NCBI GenBank assembly: GCA_021782135.1
Contig: JAJXVM010000001.1
Location: 1-35,961 of the forward strand
From: Myxococcales bacterium
GTDB lineage: Bacteria > Myxococcota > Myxococcia > Myxococcales > Anaeromyxobacteraceae
Reading direction: 5' to 3'
Length of the DNA stretch: 35,961 nt
The notes below the pieces were generated by a model. The model searched no databases. It had not been told where the DNA came from and saw nothing but the letters and a program-made list of their open reading frames with translations. Positions within the stretch are counted from its first letter, which is position 1. Every line of letters starts with the position of its first letter. This document shows, piece by piece, positions 1 through 7,694 of this stretch. The position numbers were made by a program, and so were the translations under genes.

Positions 1-933
1 GGCATCGGCTGGCTCTGCGTGCACCACGACGTCGGCGATCCCGGCCGTGATCCGGATGGCGTGCTCGCAGGCGTGAGCGATCTCGTGAGCGGCTTCGATG
101 CTGAGCTCGCGCCGGACCTGGATGATCACGTCCGCGAAGGCGTGCGGTCCTGATCGCCGCACCCGGACCTGGATCACCGAGATGACCCCTGCCACCGCGG
201 CCGAGCGGGTGATCGACTCGACGAGCCCCGCCGGCGCGGTGTCGAGGAGGTCGTCCACCGACTTCTTGCCGAGCCGGAGGCCCACCACCAGCGAGACGGC
301 GGCCACCCCCAGCGCGGCCAGGGCGTCGGCCCGGACGAGCCAGGGCAGCCCGCAGCGCCTCCCCAACCAGACCAGCGCCAGCCCGGCGATCACCACGCTC
401 GAGGACCAGACGTCGGTGGAGAAGTGCAGCGCGTCGGCCTCGAGGGCCTGGCTGTTGTGCTTGCGCGCCGCGCGCGCGAGGGCCCGCGAGCGGGAGACGT
501 CCACCGCGATCGAGGCGGCCAGGATCGCGAAGGCCCACGGGGTGGGCGCCACGTGAGCCTCCTCGAACAAGAGCCGCTTCGCCGCCTCGTACGCGATCCA
601 GGCGCAGGTGGCGAGGAGAAGGCCGGTTTCGAACAGCGCCGAGAAGTTCTCGATCTTGCCGTGCCCGTACGGATGCCGGCGATCCGCCGGGCGAGCCGAG
701 GCGCGCACGGCCCAGAGCGTCATCGCCGCCGCCAGGAGGTCGAGACTGGAGTGCGCCGCCTCGGAGAGCACGCCGATCGAGTCGGTCGCGAGCCCCACCG
801 CGATCTTGAGCCCGGTGAGCAGGACCGCGGCCAGCAGCGAGGCGGAGGCCACTCTGCGCTTCTCCGCCTCGGAGGCCGACGCCGGCTCTTCCGTGAGACA
901 TCGTGAAAGAGAATTGTGTCTGCGCTTGACCAT
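1..933 (-). CDS. Cation diffusion facilitator (CDF, FieF/CzcD-like) metal exporter; runs off the window start near its C-terminus
   Basis: Absent from the ORF track because it has no stop in the window. Manual translation gives ...LKIAVGLATDSIGVLSEAAHSSLDLLAA...ADRRHPYGHGKIEN... and DVVVHAEP at the window edge, which are CDF hallmarks. In-frame ATG at 933; the start is uncertain (alternative GTG at 852). Confidence 0.9.
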   Translation of the reverse strand, partial: MVKRRHNSLSRCLTEEPASASEAEKRRVASASLLAAVLLTGLKIAVGLATDSIGVLSEAAHSSLDLLAAAMTLWAVRASARPADRRHPYGHGKIENFSALFETGLLLATCAWIAYEAAKRLLFEEAHVAPTPWAFAILAASIAVDVSRSRALARAARKHNSQALEADALHFSTDVWSSSVVIAGLALVWLGRRCGLPWLVRADALAALGVAAVSLVVGLRLGKKSVDDLLDTAPAGLVESITRSAAVAGVISVIQVRVRRSGPHAFADVIIQVRRELSIEAAHEIAHACEHAIRITAGIADVVVHAEPADA

Positions 934-954
934 CGAGTTTAGACCGCTTAACTT
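926..954 (+). promoter_or_regulatory. Sigma70-type promoter for the DtxR/MntR gene
   Basis: TTGACC (926-931), 17-nt spacer, TAACTT (949-954), in an AT-rich patch 11 nt before ATG 966. Confidence 0.65.
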
Positions 955-955
955 G
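934..955. promoter_or_regulatory. Imperfect palindrome, candidate DtxR/MntR operator
   Basis: CGAGTTTAG-ACCG-CTTAACTTG dyad between the divergent CDF and regulator genes, overlapping the spacer and -10. Confidence 0.6.
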
Positions 956-965
956 CCGCTCGCGC

Positions 966-1691
966 ATGGTCAAGAACCATTCCAGTCGCCCGCGGTCGAG
1001 CTCCGTCGATCGCTACCTGCACGCCGTCCTGGTGCTCACCGCGAGCGGCGGGCAGGCCGACACCGGTGACGTGGCCGCCCGGGTGGGAGTCTCGGCGGCG
1101 GGGGCGAGCCAGATGCTCCGGAAGCTGGCCGACGCGGGCCTGGTGCGGCTGGAGCCCTACCAGGGCGCGGAGCTGAGCGCGGAAGGCATGCACCGGGCCT
1201 TGCGCGTGGTCCGCCGCCACCGCTTGCTGGAGCTCTTCCTGCAGCAGATCCTGGGTTTCGACCTCGCCGAGCTGCACGCGCGCGCCATGGCGCTCGAACC
1301 GGCCATCGACGACGTGTTCGAGGAGAAGCTCGACTCCATGCTGGGACGCCCGCGGATCGATCCCCATGGTCAGCCCATCCCCTCCCGCAACGCCACCTGG
1401 CCCAAGCTCTCCGACTCGGCGCTGCTGGAGCTGCCGCCGGGCGCCAGCGGGATCGTCACCCGCGTCACCACGGAGGACAGCGACGCGATCGAGTACCTCC
1501 ACGGTCTCGGCGTTCGGCCCGGTGCCGCGCTGGCGCTCGAGCACGTGGCGCCCTTCGACGGGCCCCTGACGATCCGGCTGGAGGGCCGGCCCGTGCACCT
1601 GGGGCGGGTCCTCGCCCAGGCCATCCACGTCGCCGAGGCGCCCACCTCGAAGCGAGATGGCCCGCGGGCCCGGCTGGTGAAGGCCCGCTGA
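966..1691 (+). CDS. DtxR/MntR-family metal-dependent transcriptional regulator with C-terminal FeoA/SH3 domain
   Basis: wHTH (DVAARVGVSAAGASQMLRKL), RRHRLLELFL, LGRPRIDPHGQPIP, FeoA-like tail (YLHGLGVRPG...PFDGP). Confidence 0.92.
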   Translation: MVKNHSSRPRSSSVDRYLHAVLVLTASGGQADTGDVAARVGVSAAGASQMLRKLADAGLVRLEPYQGAELSAEGMHRALRVVRRHRLLELFLQQILGFDLAELHARAMALEPAIDDVFEEKLDSMLGRPRIDPHGQPIPSRNATWPKLSDSALLELPPGASGIVTRVTTEDSDAIEYLHGLGVRPGAALALEHVAPFDGPLTIRLEGRPVHLGRVLAQAIHVAEAPTSKRDGPRARLVKAR

Positions 1692-1853
1692 CGCCCCCGC
1701 CCCCCGACCCCTCACGAGCGATGGAACCTCCCACCCACCCAGAACGCCCGCTGGCCGGCCCTCCCTCGGGCGACAGGCGCGTTCGGATCGAGCCCGGCTC
1801 GATCCCGCCCTGACGCCTCGAGGATCCCCGGCCGCGGGGAACCAGGAGACGTC

Positions 1854-2099
1854 ATGGCAGAGAGCAACCCCCTTGCGGCGAGGGGCGCCGGCGAGCTCGC
1901 CGGGCCGCGTCGCGCCTTCAAGACCAGGCACCCCTGGCTCGGCCGCTTGGTGCACTTCCTGGTGGTCTTCGGGCCGGGGCTCATCGTCATGGAGGCCGAC
2001 AACGACGCCGGCGCCGTGTCGACGTACGTCCAGGCGGGAGCGCAGTACGACACGTTGGCCTACCGCGTCGCCGACATGGCCGGCGCGTTCGGCAGGTGA
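1854..2099 (+). pseudogene. Remnant of an NRAMP-family divalent metal transporter (81 aa)
   Basis: Good RBS (AGGAG). Contains NRAMP TM1 FGPGLIVMEADNDAGAVSTYVQAGAQY, then stops 16 codons later. Full-length members exceed 400 aa. Confidence 0.8.
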
Positions 2100-2111
2100 C
2101 GCGGTGTCGCC

Positions 2112-3641
2112 GTGACGAGATCCGTCGTGGGCGCCGCGCGTCCGGCGCCCGGCAAGCCCTCCATCCACTGCGCGCTGCTCTCGGCCGCGATCGTGGTCTC
2201 CCCCGCGCTGGCGCTCCCGGCCGAGGCAGCGCAGGCCGACCTCACCGCCACGGCCAGCGGCGGCTCGCGGGGCGCGCTCCTCGCGCCATCGCCGCCCTCG
2301 CCACCGGAGAAGGCGGAAGCAGCCCCCGTCGCGTTCGCGGCGCCCGCGCCGTCCGCGCCACCACCCGCGCCCCTGTCGGCCCTCCCGGGCGGCGTGCTCG
2401 AAGCCTCCCGGTGGAGCGCCGGCTTCCAGTCGACCTACGTGTATCAGTACAAGCCGGCCTTCAGCGCCGCGTATACCGGGCCGAACAGCCTCCTCACGAC
2501 GGCCGAGTCCGGATACACCCTCACCGCCACGCTCTTCCTGGGCGTCAGCCCCTGGGCCGGCGGTGAGGTCTTCTTCAACCCGGAGGTCATCCAGAGCCAG
2601 GAACTGTCTCACCTCACGGGGCTCGGCGGGCTCACCAACGGTGAGAACCAGAAGACGGGCGGGGCGTTGCCGAATCTCTACCGGGCCCGGCTCTTCCTGC
2701 GCCAGACCATCCCGCTCGGCGGCGAGCGCTCCCTGGCGGAAGCCGGCCCGAACCAGTTCGGCGGCGAGGTCGACTCCCGCCGGCTGGTGATCACGGCCGG
2801 GAACTTCGCGGTCACGGACGTGTTCTACGGCAACACCTTCGCCCACGATCCCCGCACCCAGTTTCTCAACTGGTCGCTCATGACCTACGGCGCCTCGGAT
2901 TTCGCCGCCGACTCGCGCGGCTACACCTGGGGCTTCGCGCTCGAGTGCGACCTCGACCAGTGGGCGCTGCGCGCGGGACGCTTCGCGCAGCCGAAGCAGT
3001 CGAACGGGCTCGCTCTCGACTATGACCTCTTGAGCCACTACGGCGACAGCGTCGAGGTCGAGCGCGGCCACGTCCTCTGGGGGCGGGGCGGCAAGGTGGG
3101 GCTCGCCGGGTGGCGAAACCACGCCCGGATGGGCGGCTTCCGGGACGCCCTCGCGTACGCGCGCGCGAACGGCGGCACGCCGGACGTCGCCAACGTGCGG
3201 CGGGATCAGACGAAGTACGGCTTCGGCGTGAACCTCGAGCAGGAGGTCTCAAAGGACGTGGGACTCTTCGCCCGGTACAGCTACAACGACGGCCAGACCG
3301 AAGCCTACGCCTTCACGGAAATCGAGCGGTCGCTCATCGCTGGTCTGAGCGTCAAGGGGCGGACCTGGGGCCGCGCCGAGGACACCCTCGGCGTGGCTTA
3401 CGTCCAGAACGGCCTCTCCCGGGCGCACCAGGACTATCTCGCGGCGGGCGGCCTCGGCTTCTTCATCGGCGACGGGCGGATCGACTATCGGCCGGAGCGG
3501 ATCGTGGAAGCGTACTACAGCTTCAACGCCTTTCGCGGCCTGTGGTTCAGCGTCGACGGTCAGCACATCGCGAACCCGGCGTACAACGCGAGCCGCGGCC
3601 CCGTGAACGTCTTCGGCTGCCGCTTCCACCTGGAGCACTGA
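2112..3641 (+). CDS. OprB-family ('carbohydrate') outer-membrane porin, MnoP-like metal porin
   Basis: Signal peptide and Pro/Ala linker, then YRARLFLRQT, HDPRTQFLNW, AADSRGYTWG, YLAAGGLGFFIGDG, NPAYNASRGPV. Confidence 0.85.
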   Translation: MTRSVVGAARPAPGKPSIHCALLSAAIVVSPALALPAEAAQADLTATASGGSRGALLAPSPPSPPEKAEAAPVAFAAPAPSAPPPAPLSALPGGVLEASRWSAGFQSTYVYQYKPAFSAAYTGPNSLLTTAESGYTLTATLFLGVSPWAGGEVFFNPEVIQSQELSHLTGLGGLTNGENQKTGGALPNLYRARLFLRQTIPLGGERSLAEAGPNQFGGEVDSRRLVITAGNFAVTDVFYGNTFAHDPRTQFLNWSLMTYGASDFAADSRGYTWGFALECDLDQWALRAGRFAQPKQSNGLALDYDLLSHYGDSVEVERGHVLWGRGGKVGLAGWRNHARMGGFRDALAYARANGGTPDVANVRRDQTKYGFGVNLEQEVSKDVGLFARYSYNDGQTEAYAFTEIERSLIAGLSVKGRTWGRAEDTLGVAYVQNGLSRAHQDYLAAGGLGFFIGDGRIDYRPERIVEAYYSFNAFRGLWFSVDGQHIANPAYNASRGPVNVFGCRFHLEH

Positions 3642-3747
3642 CGAGATTGGAGTCGCCAGGGAGCTCCGCCCCGGGCCTCGCGTTTGCTCCCGAGTTGTCA
3701 CTCCGCCGCGATAGATGGCTCCTGGCCGACCCGGTACAAGCGCGGCC

Positions 3748-5058
3748 ATGGAAAAGCTGCCTCGTGTGGTCGTGGTCGGTGCCGGCTTCGCCGGCCTGGC
3801 CTGCGCGCGCGCGCTGAAGCGGGCTCCCGTCCAGGTCACGGTGATCGATCGGCGCAACCACCACCTGTTCCAGCCGCTCCTGTACCAGGTCGCGACGGGG
3901 GGCCTGAACCCCGCCGACATCGCGGCGCCGACGCGCAGCATCCTGCGCCGGCAGAGGAACGCCGAGGTGTTGCTCGCCGACGCGCGCGCGGTCGACGTTG
4001 CGGCGCGCCAGCTGCGACTCGACGACGGCTCGCAGGTCGCCTACGACCACCTGGTGATCGCCACCGGCGCGACCCACGCGTACTTCGGACATCCGGAGTG
4101 GGCCGCGGTCGCGCCCGGGCTGAAGACGGTCGAGGACGCGCTCGAGATCCGGCGCCGCATCCTGGTCGCCTTCGAGCGGGCCGAGCGCGAGTTGGATCCG
4201 CGGCGACAGCGCGACTGGCTCACGTTCGTGGTGGTGGGGGGCGGTCCGACCGGGGTGGAGCTGGCCGGGGCGGTGGCGGAGATCGCCCGCCACACGCTCG
4301 CGAGCGAGTTCCGCCGCATCGATCCGGACCGGGCCCGCGTCATCCTGCTCCAGGCCGGCGAGCGCGTCCTGCCCTCGTACTCTTCCGTCCTGTCGCGCTC
4401 CGCCCTGCGGCAGCTCGAGCGGCTGGGCGTCTACGTCCACACGGGCGTGCGCGTCACCGCCATCGACGAGGAGGGCGTGAGCATCGGGCGCGAGCGCGTG
4501 CAGGCGCGCACCGTGCTCTGGGCGGCCGGAGTCGCCGCCTCGCCGCTCGCCGCCACGCTCGGAGCGCCGCTCGACGGCGCCGGCCGCGTGCTCGTCACGC
4601 CGGCGCTGACCATCCCGGGCCACGAGGAGGTCTTCGTGATCGGCGACGTGGCGGCCGTGTCCCGGGAGGACGGCACGGTGGTCCCCGGCGTCGCGCCCGC
4701 GGCCGTGCAGGCGGGGCGCCACGCCGCCCGCACCATCGTCCGTGGGCTGCGCGGCCAGCCGGCGCTCGCCTTCCGCTACCTCGACAAGGGCAGCATGGCG
4801 ACCATCGGCCGCGCCGCGGCGGTGGCGGAGCACCGCGGCTGGCGCTTCTCCGGCCCGGTCGCGTGGCTGGCGTGGCTGCTGGTCCACGTGCTGTTCCTGG
4901 TCAGCTACCGCAGCCGGTTCGCCGTGCTGGCCCAGTGGGCCTACCACTACGCGACCTACGATCGCGCGGCCCGCCTCATCACCGCCACGGCGGCTTCTCC
5001 CACCGGGGGCGCCGTCGCGCCCAGCTCGCCGCCGATCGGGCTGCCGCAGAGCCCGTAG
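3748..5058 (+). CDS. ndh: Type II NADH dehydrogenase-like FAD-dependent oxidoreductase
   Basis: VVVVGAGFAG, HLFQPLLYQVATG, VVGGGPTGVELAG, YLDKGSMATIGR. Start placed at ATG 3748 (MEKLPR). Confidence 0.92.
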   Translation: MEKLPRVVVVGAGFAGLACARALKRAPVQVTVIDRRNHHLFQPLLYQVATGGLNPADIAAPTRSILRRQRNAEVLLADARAVDVAARQLRLDDGSQVAYDHLVIATGATHAYFGHPEWAAVAPGLKTVEDALEIRRRILVAFERAERELDPRRQRDWLTFVVVGGGPTGVELAGAVAEIARHTLASEFRRIDPDRARVILLQAGERVLPSYSSVLSRSALRQLERLGVYVHTGVRVTAIDEEGVSIGRERVQARTVLWAAGVAASPLAATLGAPLDGAGRVLVTPALTIPGHEEVFVIGDVAAVSREDGTVVPGVAPAAVQAGRHAARTIVRGLRGQPALAFRYLDKGSMATIGRAAAVAEHRGWRFSGPVAWLAWLLVHVLFLVSYRSRFAVLAQWAYHYATYDRAARLITATAASPTGGAVAPSSPPIGLPQSP

Positions 5059-5277
5059 GCTCTCACGATGGAGGGCCGGGCGGCCCGCTGGCGGTGCTCA
5101 ACGCCGGGTGCTCGACCTTGCCCGGCGCGGTGCGCGTGCTCGATCCCCAGGGGGGCTCGGTCGTCTCGGAGCGCTGGCTCCCCTCGAGTCGCAAGGATCT
5201 TGCTAGGCCCGAAGGAACTTTCGGTTGCGCCGCGCCCGTCCCCCCAAGACCGCGCGGCGGTGGCGGCGGATGCGCGG

Positions 5278-5292
5278 TGGCGCGGAACTTGC
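5278..5292 (+). promoter_or_regulatory. Sigma54 (-24/-12) promoter for the efflux operon
   Basis: TGGCGCG-GAAC-TTGC differs by one base from the TGGCACG-N4-TTGC consensus and ends 13 nt before ATG 5306. Confidence 0.7.
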
Positions 5293-5305
5293 CTTGGCGC
5301 GGGGC

Positions 5306-5470
5306 ATGTACTTCACGGCCCGCGCCCGAACGCTTCGGATCCCGCTCCTCCGCGCCGCCCTCGCCGCGGCTGGCAGCGCGGCGGCCGAGCCCCCGGCCCA
5401 GGACCTCTCGAACTACTGGACCGCGGTCGCCCTGCTCGAGGAAGCGACGGCGAAGGAGCTGCGGCGATGA
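5306..5470 (+). pseudogene. 54-aa probable remnant of a TolC/CzcC outer-membrane factor (signal-like N-terminus fused to the C-terminal helix)
   Basis: Occupies the czcC position. Its stop overlaps the MFP start (ATGA 5467-5470). It ends QDLSNYWTAVALLEEATAKELRR, which resembles the last helix of OMF proteins. Confidence 0.6.
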
Positions 5471-7680
5471 AGATCACTCTCGCGATCCTGGGGCTCGCCG
5501 TCGCGGCGCTCCTCGGCTGTCGGGCGGGTGGGGCCGAGCCCGGCAGCCCACCGGACGGGGAGCGCTGGATCGCCGCCGCCGCATTCCAGCGCGGCGATGC
5601 CCGCGTCGAGGAGGCCCGGAGCCGCGACCTGCCGCGGGCCATCGTCACTGGAGGCCGGATCGCCTTCGACGACACGCGGCTGGCGCACGTGTTCTCGCCG
5701 GTCACCGGCCGGGTGAGCCGGCTGCTCGCCCAGCCTGGGCAGGTGGTGCCGAAGGGAGCCCCGCTCGCCACCATCGCCTCTCCCGACGTGGGGAGCGCCT
5801 TCTCGGACGAGGTGAAGGCGCGGGCCGACCTCGAGGCGGCGGAGCACGATTACCAGCGGCAGAAGCAGCTCTTCGCCGAGCAGGCCGCCTCCAGCCGGGA
5901 CTTCGAGACGGCCGAGGACACTTGGCGCAAGGCCCAGGCCGAGGAGCAGCGCGCCCTGCAGCGGCTGCGGCTGCTCAGCAATGGCAAGATCGACGCGGTC
6001 ACCCAGGAGTACACGCTGCCGAGCCCCATCGCCGGGCGGGTGGTGGCGCGCAACGTGAACCCGGGCGTGGAGGTGCAGGGGCAGTACGCCGGCGGGACGG
6101 CGGCGGAGCTGTTCACCGTAGGTGACACGGACGTGGTGTGGCTCTACGCCGACGTGGCGGAGGCCGATCTGCCGGGGCTCGCGCCGGGGGAGGCGGTGTC
6201 GCTGCGCGTCCTCGCCTACCCCGAGCGCGCCTTCGCGGGCAACGTCGAGTGGATCAGCCCGACGCTCGACCCGGCGCTGCGGACCGGCCGCGTCCGCTGC
6301 GCCATCCACAACCCCGAGGGACTGCTGAAGCCGGAGATGTTCGCGACGGTCTCGATCGAGCGCCCGGCCGCCCACGGGCTCGCCATCCCGCGCGCCGCGG
6401 TGGTGCGGATCGAGGATCAGTCCTTCGTCTACGTGGCTGCCGGCACCCGCGCGGACGGGCGTGAGGTGTTCCGGCGCCGCCGCGTGCAGCTCCCCGAGCG
6501 CGCCGGCCCGCCACAGCGGCGCCCCGGGGCCGAGGCCTTCCTCCCGGTCGAGCTCCCCGGCGCCGAGCTGGTGCGGGTGCTCGACGGGCTCCTCCCCGGC
6601 GAGCGGGTGCTGGTCGAGGAGCGGCGCCCAGGTCAGCGCGATCCGGACGAGGTCGTCCTCACGAAGGAGCAGCTCGCCAAGATCGCCTCGGCACCGGCCG
6701 AGCCGCGCCCGGTGCCGGCGGCGGTGACCGTCGGCGGGCGGCTCACCTTCGACGACCTCCTCGTCTCCCACGTCTTCTCGCCGGTGAACGGCCGGCTGTC
6801 GCGCCTCCTGGCCGCTCCCGGCGACCACGTGAAGAAGGGGGCGCCCCTGGCGGTGATCCTGTCCCCCGACGTAGGGAGCGCCTTCTCGGACGAGCTGAAG
6901 GCCCGGGCCGACCTCACCGCCGCCGAGCACGAGCGGAAGCGGCAACGGGAGATGTTCGCGGTCCACGCCAGCGCGGCGCGCGACCTCGAGGCCGCCGAGG
7001 ACAACTACGATCGCGCCCTGGCGGAGTACCAGCGTACCGAGCTCAAGACCCGGCTCCTGCGCCAGAACGGCTCGGGGGCGGTGAGCCAGGAGTACGTGTT
7101 GCGCAGCCCCATCGAGGGCGACGTGGTGGCGCGGTCGGCCAACCCCGGGCTGGAGGTGCAGGGGCAGTACTCGGGCGCGAGCAACGCGCCGGAGCTCTTC
7201 ACCGTCGGGCGCGCCGGCCAGGTCTGGATGCTCGGGGACCTCTACGAGGTGGACCTGCCCTACGTCCAGCCGGGCGCCGAGGTGGAGTTCCGGTCGCCGG
7301 TCTTCCCGGACCGGGTGTTCCGGGGCAAGGTGGACTGGATCTCGGACGCGCTCGACCCGGTGCAGCGCACCGCCAAGGTGCGCTGCGTGCTCGCGAACGC
7401 GGACGGCCTGCTGCGTCCGGAGACGTACGGGGTGGCCTCCATCTCGGCGCCGGCGCGGCGCGTCCTCACCGTGCCCCGCGAGGCGCTGCTGCGCTCCGGC
7501 GACGACACCGTGGTCTTCGTGGAGAGCTCGCGCGGCAAGGACGGGTCGCGGGCGTTCCGCCGCAGGCGCGTGATCGCGGACGAGCAGCTGTCGGGCGATC
7601 TCGTCCCGGTGCTCGCCGGCCTCTCGCCCGGCGATCGGGTGGTGGCGCGCGGCTCGATCTTCCTCTTCGGCTCCTTCTAG
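5467..7680 (+). CDS. RND periplasmic adaptor (CzcB/CusB-like) lipoprotein with two tandem MFP modules, 737 aa
   Basis: Lipobox MKITLAILGLAVAALLGC. Motifs HVFSPVxGR, SPDVGSAFSDExKARADL, NPGxEVQGQY and ELFTVG each occur twice. Confidence 0.9.
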   Translation: MKITLAILGLAVAALLGCRAGGAEPGSPPDGERWIAAAAFQRGDARVEEARSRDLPRAIVTGGRIAFDDTRLAHVFSPVTGRVSRLLAQPGQVVPKGAPLATIASPDVGSAFSDEVKARADLEAAEHDYQRQKQLFAEQAASSRDFETAEDTWRKAQAEEQRALQRLRLLSNGKIDAVTQEYTLPSPIAGRVVARNVNPGVEVQGQYAGGTAAELFTVGDTDVVWLYADVAEADLPGLAPGEAVSLRVLAYPERAFAGNVEWISPTLDPALRTGRVRCAIHNPEGLLKPEMFATVSIERPAAHGLAIPRAAVVRIEDQSFVYVAAGTRADGREVFRRRRVQLPERAGPPQRRPGAEAFLPVELPGAELVRVLDGLLPGERVLVEERRPGQRDPDEVVLTKEQLAKIASAPAEPRPVPAAVTVGGRLTFDDLLVSHVFSPVNGRLSRLLAAPGDHVKKGAPLAVILSPDVGSAFSDELKARADLTAAEHERKRQREMFAVHASAARDLEAAEDNYDRALAEYQRTELKTRLLRQNGSGAVSQEYVLRSPIEGDVVARSANPGLEVQGQYSGASNAPELFTVGRAGQVWMLGDLYEVDLPYVQPGAEVEFRSPVFPDRVFRGKVDWISDALDPVQRTAKVRCVLANADGLLRPETYGVASISAPARRVLTVPREALLRSGDDTVVFVESSRGKDGSRAFRRRRVIADEQLSGDLVPVLAGLSPGDRVVARGSIFLFGSF

Positions 7681-7694
7681 CGAGACGTTCCAAC

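Noticed and set aside
899-901. ATG at 901 (- strand) as the CDF start
   Set aside because: It is out of frame with the CDF motifs. An in-frame ATG exists at 933, so no frameshift needs to be invoked.
1692-1853. yybP-ykoY or M-box riboswitch ahead of the NRAMP gene
   Set aside because: I could not find the conserved core sequences of either family.
3642-3728. Partial resemblance to a fluoride riboswitch (GATTGGAGTCGCC...GATGGCTCCT) upstream of ndh
   Set aside because: P1 pairing is poor, the spacing is long and the downstream gene is atypical. An Rfam scan would settle it.
5068-5466. 133-aa N-terminal extension of the MFP in the ORF track; similar extensions for 12477, 15746, 16850..18586 and 30367..31788
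   Set aside because: The extensions are low-complexity and overlap promoters or neighbouring genes. Signal peptides, RBS sites and stop/start overlaps support later starts.
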